A stretch of 64,000 bases of DNA from Candidatus Adlerbacteria bacterium RIFOXYC1_FULL_48_26 (GCA_001773575.1 MEXB01000008.1:2141-66140); one strand, 5' to 3'. Shown: positions 28,061 through 37,470, counted from the stretch's first letter. Numbers and translations are program-made. The notes: generated by a model from the sequence alone, not told the origin.

Positions 28061-28357
28061 ATGCATATCCAAGTACCACACAAATTTGGGGCACAAGCAG
28101 CCGTAGAGCGTGTTAAACAAGCGCTTGAACAAGTTAAAGTAAATCCTCAGGTTAAAGACCAGCTCGTTATCGAAAAAGAGGAGTGGGAAGGCAACACCCT
28201 CAACTTTGCATTTACCGGCCAAGGCCAGCACATCAAGGGCACGCTTGTGGTTGAAGAGAAAGAATTTATCGTTGACGCAAAGCTCCCCCTTATGCTCCGC
28301 ATGTTCGAAGGCCGCATTGAAAAGATGATAGGGGAACAGGTAAAACAGATGTTGTAA
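28061..28357 (+). CDS. Small protein resembling the polyhydroxyalkanoic-acid-system (PHA_gran_rgn) family
   Basis: ~98 aa, with a similar hydrophobic/charged periodicity and the ..G.L.V.....V..KL..ML..F...I...I...L pattern. Weak, by-eye only. Confidence 0.35.
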   Translation: MHIQVPHKFGAQAAVERVKQALEQVKVNPQVKDQLVIEKEEWEGNTLNFAFTGQGQHIKGTLVVEEKEFIVDAKLPLMLRMFEGRIEKMIGEQVKQML

Positions 28358-28433
28358 AAACCAGTTTTTCTGGTATTATATGTGAAATCGCGGGAATCGC
28401 CCGCCTTTTTCATTAAAAAAGAGAAGTAAATTT

Positions 28434-30239
28434 ATGGAAATCCGAAACATCGCAATTATCGCTCACGTGGACCACGGCAAGACTACCTTGACCGACGCTT
28501 TGATGCGTCAGACTGGTGTTGCGGAGGAAGGAGTTTCCATGGACTCAAACGACCTCGAGCGCGAGCGCGGCATTACCATCTACTCAAAGCCTGCCGCAAT
28601 TTTCTATAAAGACGTAAAGATCAACATCGTAGACACACCGGGCCACGCAGACTTCGGTTCTGAAGTGGAGCGCGTGCTCCGCTCTATCGACTCAGTGCTT
28701 CTCGTTGTAGACGCACAGGAAGGCCCAATGCCACAGACTCGTTTCGTATTGAAGAAGTCTCTTGAGCTTGGGTTGAAGCCTATCGTTGTTATCAACAAGA
28801 TCGACAAGCCAGCTGCAGACCCTGCACGTGCAGAAGAGCAGGTACTCGAACTCTTTTTGGAACTTGGTGCCTCAGATGAACAATCTGATTTTCCAGTTAT
28901 GTACGCTATCGGCCGCCAAGGTATCGCAAAGCGCAAATTGACTGATGAGTCGAGCGACCTTACACCACTTTTGGATATGATCTTGGAGAAAGTTCCTGCA
29001 GCAGGAAAGGGCTTGGAAGATAAACCTCTCCGCGCTCAGCCATTTAACCTCGGCTACGACAACTTCCTCGGCCGTTTGGCTGTCGCTCGTGTGTACGAAG
29101 GCAAAATTAAAACAGGTCAGACAGTTACCATCAAAAAACCAACCGGCGAAGTCCGCAGTGGCAAGGTTATAAAGATGTTCAGCTTCAAAGGCTTGCAGAA
29201 AGTTGAAGCAACTGAGGCACAGGCAGGGGATATTGTCCTTATTGCAGGTCTTACTGACATTTTCATCGGAGAAACAATCTGCGACTCAGCAGAGGCTGTG
29301 CCATTGCCAGCAATTGCAATCGACGAGCCTACAATCACCCTTAACTTTTTGGTTAACAACTCACCATTCGCAGGCCGTGAAGGTAAGTTTGTTACAACTC
29401 GTCAGATCCGTGAACGTCTTGAACGCGAACTCGAAGTAAACGTTGGTTTGAAAGTTGATTTCGGCAATGAAGCAGGCGGCGCACAAGGTGGCGGCGATGT
29501 ATTTAAAGTATCTGGCCGCGGCGAATTGCACATCGCAATTCTTTTGGAAAATATGCGCCGTGAAGGGTACGAAATGCAGGTATCTCAACCTCAGGTTATC
29601 TTCCGCGAAATAGATGGGGAGAAACAAGAGCCGTTTGAAGAAGTCGTTATCGACACTCCAAGCGCATACCAAGGTGCAATTATCGAACGTTTGGGTACAC
29701 GCAAGTTCATCATGAAAGATATCAAGATGCACAGCGATACCGTGCGCCTTACGTTCGAAGGCCCAACTCGCGGTTTGCTCGGATACCGCTCTCAATTCGT
29801 TCTTGATACTAAAGGCGAAGGCATTCTCTCGTCTCGTTTCCTTGAATTCCGTCCACACGCAGGTGAAATCGTGAAGCGTGTCGTTGGTTCAATGATCTCA
29901 ATGGCATCAGGCAAAACCCTCGGCTTCTCATTGTGGAGCTTGCAGGACCGCGGCGTGCTTTACATCAAACCAGCTACTGAGGTGTATGAAGGCATGGTTA
30001 TCGGTAACACCTCAAAGGGTGAAGAAATGACCGTAAACCCAACCAAGGGTAAGGCGCTCACAAACATGAGAGCTTCAGGTACTGACGAAGCCATGAACTT
30101 GGTTCCTCCATATGAAATAACGATCGAACGCGGCTTGGAAGTTATGGTTGAAGACGAATATTTGGAAATAACTCCGCTCTCTGTACGTCTACGTAAACAA
30201 GGGCTGACGGAAATGGATCGTACGAAGGCCCGCAGATAA
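28434..30239 (+). CDS. typA: Translational GTPase TypA/BipA
   Basis: G1 [11 protein letters not shown]3 DTPGHADF, G4 NKID, followed by EF-G-like domains. 601 aa. Confidence 0.9.
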   Translation: MEIRNIAIIAHVDHGKTTLTDALMRQTGVAEEGVSMDSNDLERERGITIYSKPAAIFYKDVKINIVDTPGHADFGSEVERVLRSIDSVLLVVDAQEGPMPQTRFVLKKSLELGLKPIVVINKIDKPAADPARAEEQVLELFLELGASDEQSDFPVMYAIGRQGIAKRKLTDESSDLTPLLDMILEKVPAAGKGLEDKPLRAQPFNLGYDNFLGRLAVARVYEGKIKTGQTVTIKKPTGEVRSGKVIKMFSFKGLQKVEATEAQAGDIVLIAGLTDIFIGETICDSAEAVPLPAIAIDEPTITLNFLVNNSPFAGREGKFVTTRQIRERLERELEVNVGLKVDFGNEAGGAQGGGDVFKVSGRGELHIAILLENMRREGYEMQVSQPQVIFREIDGEKQEPFEEVVIDTPSAYQGAIIERLGTRKFIMKDIKMHSDTVRLTFEGPTRGLLGYRSQFVLDTKGEGILSSRFLEFRPHAGEIVKRVVGSMISMASGKTLGFSLWSLQDRGVLYIKPATEVYEGMVIGNTSKGEEMTVNPTKGKALTNMRASGTDEAMNLVPPYEITIERGLEVMVEDEYLEITPLSVRLRKQGLTEMDRTKARR

Positions 30240-30259
30240 AGTTTGCTATAATAAAATAT

Positions 30260-31708
30260 ATGAAGTTCACAAAAGCGTTTACGCTCGCTCTATTCGTTTT
30301 CTTGTGTGTTCCAGGCCTTGCTTCTGCGCGCACGCTCATTGTTGGTACATCAGGAGATGATGTTACAAACCTTCAGAACGTTCTTATTTCACAAAAATAC
30401 CTCGCTGAAGGAAACAACATAGGATATTTTGGTCCTGCGACACTAGCTGCAGTCAAAAAATTTCAATGCGAGAAAAAAATCGTATGCTCAGGTTCTAGCT
30501 ACGGAGTTGCCGGCCCTCAGACACAAGCCGCCCTCCGCATTCAAAATATAGATACTCCAATTGCTTCGCCACCTAACACCAAGCCGTTGGAATTTGGCGG
30601 ATGGATGCCGTACTGGAGTGAAGACAAAAGCGTTGCTGATGTAACTCCGCACCTCGACCAACTGACAGTAGTTAACCCTTTCACCTACACGATGAAGTCC
30701 GACGGCACCGTTAACGATGCTGCTGGTATGGACAAAGAGCCATGGACTTCGTTTATGGCGGCAGCAAAAGCAAAAGGTGTGCGCGTTATCCCAACAATTA
30801 TGTGGGGTGATGGCGATACCCAACATGCCATTTTGAGCGATGCAAAAAAACGCGTAGCGCTTGAAGATGAAATAGCCAAGTTGGTTAAAGACAATGGGTT
30901 TGATGGAATTGACATCGACTTTGAAGCGCGAAAAGCAGAAACACGAGAATATTTTTCAACCTTTTTGAAAGGACTCTACCAGCGCATGGGAAACAAATGG
31001 GTGTACTGTTCCATCGAGACACGCATGACGCTCGACCATCGCTACGGCATAGGTGTGAAGCCTCCTCCAGAATCGACCGAATATGCTAACGACTTTGTCG
31101 CTATAAACAAATACTGTGACCGCGTTCAAATTATGGCCTACGACCAAGGTTCCATTGACGCGATTTTGAACACGTCACGAGCTCAGCCGTATGTGCCACT
31201 GGCCGACCCGTCGTGGGTGGAAAATGTTGTTACCTTGGCGGCACAAACTATCGATAGAAAGAAAATTATTATCGGCGTGCCAACCTATGGTTATGAATAT
31301 AAGGTTACGTCGTCCGGTTCTGGGTATCAATACAAACTCCAGTGGGCGTTCAACCGAAACTATGCAACACAACTCGCATCGCTTCTTGGTATAACGCCGT
31401 CTCGAAATAGTGCTAACGAGTTGTCGTTTATATACAAATCGACCGCTCAGACTCAAGCACTCTCAGACCAGGCTAGTGTTCCAGGTACTGTTGCTGCAAG
31501 TGGTAACACAGTGCTACCTCCGACCGATGTATACACACAGTTAGCTCTCGCAACGTCAATTCAACCGCCGTTCAACATCGTATGGTGGAGCGACGCTCAA
31601 GCTATTGCCGACAAAGTTGCACTCGCAAAGAAACTTGGCGTCCGCGGCATCGCAGTATTCAAACTGGATGGGTCCGAAGATCCAAACATCTGGAACGTGC
31701 TGAAGTAA
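30260..31708 (+). CDS. Secreted glycoside-hydrolase family 18 (chitinase-like) protein with N-terminal peptidoglycan-binding (PG_binding_1) domain
   Basis: Signal peptide. PG-binding repeat (GDDVTNLQNVL....GYFGPATLAAVKKFQ). GH18 catalytic motif FDGIDIDFE. Confidence 0.7.
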   Translation: MKFTKAFTLALFVFLCVPGLASARTLIVGTSGDDVTNLQNVLISQKYLAEGNNIGYFGPATLAAVKKFQCEKKIVCSGSSYGVAGPQTQAALRIQNIDTPIASPPNTKPLEFGGWMPYWSEDKSVADVTPHLDQLTVVNPFTYTMKSDGTVNDAAGMDKEPWTSFMAAAKAKGVRVIPTIMWGDGDTQHAILSDAKKRVALEDEIAKLVKDNGFDGIDIDFEARKAETREYFSTFLKGLYQRMGNKWVYCSIETRMTLDHRYGIGVKPPPESTEYANDFVAINKYCDRVQIMAYDQGSIDAILNTSRAQPYVPLADPSWVENVVTLAAQTIDRKKIIIGVPTYGYEYKVTSSGSGYQYKLQWAFNRNYATQLASLLGITPSRNSANELSFIYKSTAQTQALSDQASVPGTVAASGNTVLPPTDVYTQLALATSIQPPFNIVWWSDAQAIADKVALAKKLGVRGIAVFKLDGSEDPNIWNVLK

Positions 31709-31713
31709 TTGTT

Positions 31714-31761
31714 GGGGTCAGACCCCGCAATAACCTAAAATCCGTGTCCTAATATTTTAGG
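31714..31761 (+). repeat. REP-like element copy R1: GGGGTCAGACCCC + 7 nt + cctaaaat..attttagg hairpin module
   Basis: Perfect 13-nt palindrome plus an 8-bp inverted repeat, read directly. Shares the consensus with the copies at 32417, 33002 and 52321. Confidence 0.6.
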
Positions 31762-31816
31762 AAAAATTTGCAGTCTCTTGAACGATCTCATATGTGGTGA
31801 GTGCCATACTTCCTAA

Positions 31817-32410
31817 ATGGCACGAATGCATCGCATCGATCTCGGAGGATATATCTATCACGTAATTAACCGAGCAAACGCTCGGATACGTATATTTCAT
31901 AACGATTCGGATTACAAAGAATTCGAATATCTACTTACAGAAATTAAAGAAACGTATAACGTACGTATTCTTGCGTATGCATTGATGCCAAATCACTGGC
32001 ATCTTTTACTGTATCCACGGAATGATGGCGATATGTCTAAAGCTCTTCATTGGTTAACTACGTCTCATGCGCGTCGGCATCATATTAAAAACAAAACAAT
32101 TGGAAACGGCCATCTTTACCAAGGACGTTACAAGTCGTTCATTATCAAGGGAGACAAGCATCTTTTAACAGTGCTCAAATATATCGAGAGAAATCCAGCA
32201 CGAGCAAGATTGTGTAATGTTGCAGAGGCGTGGCGATGGGGAAGCGCGTTTAGAAGGGTGTGTGGAACAACTGCAGAGCAGCAGTTGCTTGCAGGATTGC
32301 CCCTTGATCTACCGAAAAATTACCTTGAATGGATTAATACCCCCGAACCTTCCGAAGAATTGAAAGCCATTCGTCATTCTGTAAATATGGGCGTACCATA
32401 TGGTGGGTGA
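31817..32410 (+). CDS. REP-associated tyrosine transposase (RAYT; IS200/IS605-like Y1 HUH transposase)
   Basis: HUH motif in PNHWHLLL, catalytic Tyr region GHLYQGRYKS, N-terminal YHVINR. 197 aa, which fits Y1 transposases. Confidence 0.75.
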   Translation: MARMHRIDLGGYIYHVINRANARIRIFHNDSDYKEFEYLLTEIKETYNVRILAYALMPNHWHLLLYPRNDGDMSKALHWLTTSHARRHHIKNKTIGNGHLYQGRYKSFIIKGDKHLLTVLKYIERNPARARLCNVAEAWRWGSAFRRVCGTTAEQQLLAGLPLDLPKNYLEWINTPEPSEELKAIRHSVNMGVPYGG

Positions 32411-32416
32411 GTTTCT

Positions 32417-32464
32417 GGTAAAATACTAGAACACAGTTTATTTGTTTTTATGGGGTCTGACCCC
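32417..32464 (-). repeat. REP-like element copy R2 (inverted orientation relative to R1/R3/R4)
   Basis: The reverse complement reads GGGGTCAGACCCC-ataaaaa-caaataaaCTGTGTTCtagtATTTTAcc. It shares ggaattGGGGTCAG and CTGTGTTC-agt-TTTTAC with R3. Confidence 0.55.
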
Positions 32465-32514
32465 AATTCCCCCGGCTGTTCAGAGTGTAATATCTGCCTT
32501 TACTAAGAAATAGG

Positions 32515-32988
32515 TTGTATATGAAAAATAGATTTTATTTTGATCGTTCTCTCACAAATGGAGCTATTATAATTTTAGCCATTGCTTTTACTGCAATGGC
32601 GGGACTCTCTCTTCTTGGAGGTTTTTCAGAACGACCATTCGTGTTTCTGGGAGTTGTTTATTCTATTCTCATTCTCATTTGGTTTGGATTTGCTTACGGG
32701 ATATATATAAATATTGAAGGAAACAGTCTTCAGGTCACACGTTTTTTTATAAAATGCAAGAAAGTTGATTTAGCGAAAGCAATTTCAATACAGCAAAAGC
32801 CAAAATTCGGAGGTTTAATTTATGAAGTCTCCCTGCAATTCCAAGACAATAATGGAAAAATTGATAGTACTGGTCTAATAAACAAACCCGCTCTAAAAGT
32901 AGAGGAATACGAACGACTCGTTAAACTTGTCATTGAAATAAATAAAGATGTAAGTATTGATCCTGATTTACTTAAGAAAGTTTTTTAA
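32515..32988 (+). CDS. Hypothetical membrane protein, possibly YdbS-like bacterial PH-domain (bPH_2) protein; markedly AT-rich
   Basis: Two N-terminal TM helices followed by a beta-rich ~90-aa domain. Lies between inverted REP copies R2 and R3. Confidence 0.35.
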   Translation: MYMKNRFYFDRSLTNGAIIILAIAFTAMAGLSLLGGFSERPFVFLGVVYSILILIWFGFAYGIYINIEGNSLQVTRFFIKCKKVDLAKAISIQQKPKFGGLIYEVSLQFQDNNGKIDSTGLINKPALKVEEYERLVKLVIEINKDVSIDPDLLKKVF

Positions 32989-33001
32989 TAGAATTGGAAT
33001 T

Positions 33002-33049
33002 GGGGTCAGGCACCTCAATACTCTAAAATCTGTGTTCGAGTTTTTACAG
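33002..33049 (+). repeat. REP-like element copy R3 (degenerate palindrome GGGGTCAGGCACC)
   Basis: The second module is conserved (tctaaaatCTGTGTTCgagtTTTTACag). Confidence 0.5.
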
Positions 33050-33068
33050 CACTGTATAATAACCTCAT

Positions 33069-34745
33069 ATGTCCCTCGGCAGTGACCTGCGGAAGCTTGT
33101 GCGTGGAGAAGTTGAAGACTCAAGCGAGGTGCTTGAGCGCTATTCACGCGACGCCAGCCTTTTTTATGTAAAACCGGGTGCGGTGTTTAAAGCAAAAGAC
33201 GCAACAGATCTTGGTATTGCCGTGCGCTATGCGGTGCATCAGAAAGAAATAAGCCCTGACAGCAGGGTTTCTATTACTGCACGCTCTGCCGGTACTGACA
33301 TGTCCGGTGGGCCGCTCAATACATCCATTATCGTGGATATGATGGCGCACTTTGATAAGTTGATTGAGCTTAGTGAATCACCAGACGGCGGATATGCAGT
33401 GGTTGAGCCGGGGATGTACTTCCGCGACTTCGATAAAGAAACTCAAAAGAAAAATCTAGAGCTTCCAAGCTATACAGCCTCACGGCAGATCAACACTGTG
33501 GGCGGTATGGTTGCCAACAACTCAGGCGGAGAGAAGAACCTTAAGTACGGCAAAACCGCACGCTATGTTGAGGAGCTTGATGTGGTGCTTGCCGATGGAC
33601 AGACGCACACACTTAAAAACCTTGAAGGCGATTCATTAAAGCTCAAGCTGCGCGAAGCGGGGCTTGAAGGAGATATATATCGCGGTGTTGCACGAATACT
33701 GTTGTCCCATAAAGATGTTATAGAGAAACATAAACCCACTGTAGAGAAGAATTCTTCAGGATACGCGCTATGGGATATAGGGGATGGTGTTAATTCGCTT
33801 AATCTCGCTCGGCTTATGGTTGGTTCACAGGGCACGCTTGGCATTGTGACAAAAATTAAATTCAAGCTTGTGCGGCCTAAACCATATGCCGCCATGACGG
33901 TCGCATTTCTAGACTCACTTTCAGAGCTTGGAAAGATCGTACCGGAGGTGCTTGAGAAAAAGCCGGACAGCTTTGAGTCTTACGACGACAATACATTTAA
34001 ACTTGCAGTTAAATACTTCCCAGAATTTGCGACGCAGATGAAGGCGGGGATTATTTCGCTTGGTATTTCTTTTTTGCCTGAGCTCTGGATGCTTATAACA
34101 GGCGGTGTTCCAAAGTTGGTACTTATGATTGAGTTCCATGCGGATACTCAAGAAGAGGCACTCAAGAAAGCAGAAGAGCTGGGAGAAGAAATCAAAAAGA
34201 ATAACCCTAAGGTAGGTACTCGTGTGGCTAAAGATGAGAAAGCTGCCCGAAAGTATTGGACTATCCGCCGAGAGAGTTTTAACCTGCTACGCCAGAAAGT
34301 GCGAGGGAAAAGAACCGCGCCTTTTATTGATGACTTTGTTGTGCCACCAAGTACATTGCCTGAATTTTTACCTAAGCTTGAAGCGATTCTAAAACCATAC
34401 GAAAAGAACATGATGTACACGGTTGCGGGCCACGTAGGTGACGGCAATTTCCATATCATTCCATTGGTTGACCCAACGCGTACTGAAACCGCACGCATCA
34501 TTGATGAGCTCTCACACAAAGTGTATGACCTGGTGCTGGAGTATAAGGGCTCTATAAGCGGGGAACACAACGATGGCTTTATCCGTACCCCATACGTCAA
34601 AAAGATGTTCGGTACAGACATGTACGCACTCTTCCTAGAAGTGAAGAAAATCTTCGACCCGCACAACATATTTAACCCAGGTAAAAAGGTAGGCTCTACC
34701 TTCAGCGATGCGCTCTCACACTTAGACCTTCCAAAAGGTAAGTAA
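33069..34745 (+). CDS. FAD-linked oxidase (PCMH-type FAD-binding domain; GlcD / D-lactate dehydrogenase-like)
   Basis: FAD-binding segment ITARSAGTDMSGGP, ..NTVGGMVANNSGG.., C-terminal GGSISGEHNDG. Confidence 0.75.
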   Translation: MSLGSDLRKLVRGEVEDSSEVLERYSRDASLFYVKPGAVFKAKDATDLGIAVRYAVHQKEISPDSRVSITARSAGTDMSGGPLNTSIIVDMMAHFDKLIELSESPDGGYAVVEPGMYFRDFDKETQKKNLELPSYTASRQINTVGGMVANNSGGEKNLKYGKTARYVEELDVVLADGQTHTLKNLEGDSLKLKLREAGLEGDIYRGVARILLSHKDVIEKHKPTVEKNSSGYALWDIGDGVNSLNLARLMVGSQGTLGIVTKIKFKLVRPKPYAAMTVAFLDSLSELGKIVPEVLEKKPDSFESYDDNTFKLAVKYFPEFATQMKAGIISLGISFLPELWMLITGGVPKLVLMIEFHADTQEEALKKAEELGEEIKKNNPKVGTRVAKDEKAARKYWTIRRESFNLLRQKVRGKRTAPFIDDFVVPPSTLPEFLPKLEAILKPYEKNMMYTVAGHVGDGNFHIIPLVDPTRTETARIIDELSHKVYDLVLEYKGSISGEHNDGFIRTPYVKKMFGTDMYALFLEVKKIFDPHNIFNPGKKVGSTFSDALSHLDLPKGK

Positions 34746-34752
34746 AAGAATT

Positions 34753-36234
34753 TTAGACAAACCCAGGGAAGAAGTCGATCTTGATATTGCGGCGATGGAC
34801 GCCAAGTTCGCGGAGTGTCTTTTCAAACGCGACAACCATGCCGTGTGGGCCTGAGAGATAGAAAAGTCGGTCTTTGTAGTCAGGAACTTCGCGTATAAGT
34901 TCCTCTGTCGTTATACGGTCATCGTAGTAGGTTTTTAAACCGATCTTCGCCCCCGCTTCTGCAAACACATCTTTGTACGCCAGCTCATTTTCTGACTTAG
35001 TTGAGTAGAGCAATATCGCATCACGATTTTGATTTGTATCGACCATATATTGGATCATTGAACGGAACGGTGTAACACCAATACCTCCTGCGATAAATGC
35101 CACTTTTTGTTGAGGGTTTTTTGGAAGAGTGAATTCTCCCGCAAGCTGGCCGACGGTAATCTCTTGCCCAGGCTTCATTGCAAGCAGCGCCTTTTTGAAG
35201 GTGCTCGAAGGCTCATATACTTTTATGCCAAGGCGTATATCTTCTTCTGTTGGGGAAGACCCAATCGTGAAATAGCGTCTATTTCCTCGCTGGTCTGGCT
35301 TCTCGTGCCCGAGGGTCCACTCCACATATTGTCCTGCTTTAAATGGAATTGGTTTATTGGTTGCGAATACAAATTCATACACACCCTCTGCTATTTGTTT
35401 GTATTCTTTAAGTGTAAGAACGCGGCGGATTTTTGGGCTCACGATGTATGCGTACACAGTGCCCACAAGAAGTGCTGTTTCAGGAGCGAAATAGAATGGT
35501 CCAATTTGTGTACCAGGGATAAATAAGAATGCGACGATTGCTGCATAGACCATGCGGTGCACACGCGTTACGGGAGAGGTGAGTGGCTCTGTCAGCATAA
35601 TGCTTACAAAGAAGAACAATGAAGAGTGGAGAAGCGTGTCCCACATAGAATCAAGCGGATTGTTCGGCAAGAATTTTATAGCAACCCCAGCAAGCACAAT
35701 AATAGAGAACACCCAGAATTGGTCGAAGCGTTGTACTTTGCGTATGACGAGTAACCCTCCAATAAGTACAAAAGGCAGAAGCGACAGTGTGCCGCCGACC
35801 CACCAGCTGGCATAGGTTCCAAATACAATACCTGTCACCGCTACTGCGAGTGCTGCAGGGTTAAAGATATGTTTTTTATCAATGGCAAGAATGTATTTTG
35901 ATGCCATAGCCAGAACGCCCGCAATAACCAACATTCCTGCGCCCATAAAATCAGTAAACGAGACGGGGTTGAGAATCAGCGTCAAGATAAATGACGTAAT
36001 ATAGACCGACTCTGTGTTTGGCGTAACTTTAAAAATCCATGCAAATGCCTCATTGCTTGCCCAACATGCGGCGACCATCACGAAAAACGAGAATAGAAGT
36101 GCCCAAGGGGTAAAGGAGAAGAAGCCAAAGAAGCTTAAGAAAAATGCAACGGCGATAAGTACTACGAGATGCCACAGCACGAGGCGATACATCGTTATGC
36201 GGTTTAAGAAACTGTCTACAAAAGGGATGTTCAT
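34753..36234 (-). CDS. Fusion protein: N-terminal polytopic membrane domain (~260 aa) + C-terminal FNR-like FAD/NAD(P)-binding oxidoreductase domain
   Basis: C-terminal domain shows RRYFTIGS (R-x-Y-S/T FAD motif) and GGIGVTPF (NAD(P) Gly-rich motif). The N-terminal half has ~7-8 TM helices without an obvious bis-His heme pattern. Confidence 0.6.
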   Translation of the reverse strand: MNIPFVDSFLNRITMYRLVLWHLVVLIAVAFFLSFFGFFSFTPWALLFSFFVMVAACWASNEAFAWIFKVTPNTESVYITSFILTLILNPVSFTDFMGAGMLVIAGVLAMASKYILAIDKKHIFNPAALAVAVTGIVFGTYASWWVGGTLSLLPFVLIGGLLVIRKVQRFDQFWVFSIIVLAGVAIKFLPNNPLDSMWDTLLHSSLFFFVSIMLTEPLTSPVTRVHRMVYAAIVAFLFIPGTQIGPFYFAPETALLVGTVYAYIVSPKIRRVLTLKEYKQIAEGVYEFVFATNKPIPFKAGQYVEWTLGHEKPDQRGNRRYFTIGSSPTEEDIRLGIKVYEPSSTFKKALLAMKPGQEITVGQLAGEFTLPKNPQQKVAFIAGGIGVTPFRSMIQYMVDTNQNRDAILLYSTKSENELAYKDVFAEAGAKIGLKTYYDDRITTEELIREVPDYKDRLFYLSGPHGMVVAFEKTLRELGVHRRNIKIDFFPGFV

Positions 36235-36956
36235 ATATGAGTTAATTCTCCAAAATTACTGGTCATTGTTGCGATGCCGTTCTTATCTATTGAGTATGCC
36301 TCAAAACCGGCTAGGGATTCAATAAATTCTACCCCTTTCTGTCCCATGGCAAATGCGGCGGTTGCGAACCTGTCGGCTTCCAACACGTCTGGGCCTATAA
36401 CGGTAATGCTCACGATCTCGTCCAGGGCTTTGTCGGGGGTGAGGGGATTGTAGATATGGTCGCCACGCTCGTAGGAGCCCGATGTAGCCACACCGCGCCC
36501 GCGCGGATATATAACTTTTATAATTTCTGCTTTGTTGAAGGGGTTACGAATACCTACACTCCATTCTTTGCCTTCAGCGTTTGTGCCACCTGTTTGAATA
36601 TCGCCACCGGCATCAATAAAAAAATTCTGGACACCTTTTTCTTGTAAGAGATCTGCCGCATTTTTAATTGCCCATCCCTTAACGATGCCTGATGGGTCAA
36701 TGGAACCGTCGGGTTTTCTGATATCAAAATAGCCGTTTGTTTCTTCTTTTGTTTTTTCGGCGAGCTCCAGAACTTCTTTCATGTCTTGAGATAAGGCCTC
36801 CGGCATCCGCGACACTTCGCTTTCAGGTTTGTAGGGGCTAAAGCGTTCGTCTACAGAAACGAAATATGAAAACACCGCCTCAAGGATTTCTGGTGAGACG
36901 GTGTCCACTATCTCGACCGTTATGGGAAGACCCATGATCAATCGAGTGTCTTTCAT
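36231..36956 (-). CDS. apbE: FAD:protein FMN transferase (ApbE family)
   Basis: GY.D.......GSIDPSGIVKGWA...A, FFIDAGGD, ATSGSYERG motifs of ApbE. Confidence 0.75.
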   Translation of the reverse strand: MKDTRLIMGLPITVEIVDTVSPEILEAVFSYFVSVDERFSPYKPESEVSRMPEALSQDMKEVLELAEKTKEETNGYFDIRKPDGSIDPSGIVKGWAIKNAADLLQEKGVQNFFIDAGGDIQTGGTNAEGKEWSVGIRNPFNKAEIIKVIYPRGRGVATSGSYERGDHIYNPLTPDKALDEIVSITVIGPDVLEADRFATAAFAMGQKGVEFIESLAGFEAYSIDKNGIATMTSNFGELTHI

Positions 36957-36960
36957 TAGA

Positions 36961-37470
36961 CTATATCTGCGCTTGCTGAAGCGCTGAAGAGAGTGAGGTA
37001 TTGAAACCTTCGGTGTTCTGAGTTGCGCCAGAAATTATATCAACGTGTGAGCCTTGCTTTGCAATAGCCTCTTTGATCATGACAGGGTACGAGCTTGCGC
37101 CGAGCTCGTCAGTAGTTCCAGGGCCTTCTGGCTTTTGTATTACATCTATCGCAGTTATTTTGCCGCTCGAGATAGTAACTTTTACCTGGACCTGTCCGTA
37201 TGGTGCAGCAGAACCAAGACTGCCTGTGTAGGTGCCGTTTTTGTATTGGCCAGGATCTACATCGCTAGGGGAAGAAGAATCTCCTATACCTGTATCCGTA
37301 CCTGTAGCGCTAGGGTTGTTAGTTGTTTGAGTCGAAGTTGCTTGACCTGTTTGGTCAGTAGGAACAGTCGGTTGTGTTGAGCGTGATGCAGCCCAAAGCG
37401 CGTAACCTCCCAAGAGCACAATAATAATGCCTCCAATAGCAAGTTTCTTCATATCGAGAAATTGTATCAT
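36961..37470 (-). CDS. Membrane-anchored FMN-binding domain protein (FMN_bind, NqrC/RnfG-like) with a flavinylation motif
   Basis: N-terminal TM anchor, Ser/Thr-rich linker, YKNGTYTG...FMN_bind fold, and D-I-I-S-G-A-T matching the D-x-x-(S/T)-G-A-T ApbE target motif. Confidence 0.65.
   Translation of the reverse strand: MIQFLDMKKLAIGGIIIVLLGGYALWAASRSTQPTVPTDQTGQATSTQTTNNPSATGTDTGIGDSSSPSDVDPGQYKNGTYTGSLGSAAPYGQVQVKVTISSGKITAIDVIQKPEGPGTTDELGASSYPVMIKEAIAKQGSHVDIISGATQNTEGFNTSLSSALQQAQI

Larger units (their letters stand above)
31714..32464 (+). mobile_element. REP-RAYT-REP unit (REPtron-like): Y1 HUH transposase gene flanked by inverted REP copies
   Basis: R1 (+ orientation) and R2 (- orientation) bracket the RAYT CDS. 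Confidence 0.55.

Noticed and set aside
28389-28410. Possible terminator after the PHA-system-like gene (gcggg/cccgc + T5)
   Set aside because: Only a 5-bp stem; too weak to call confidently.
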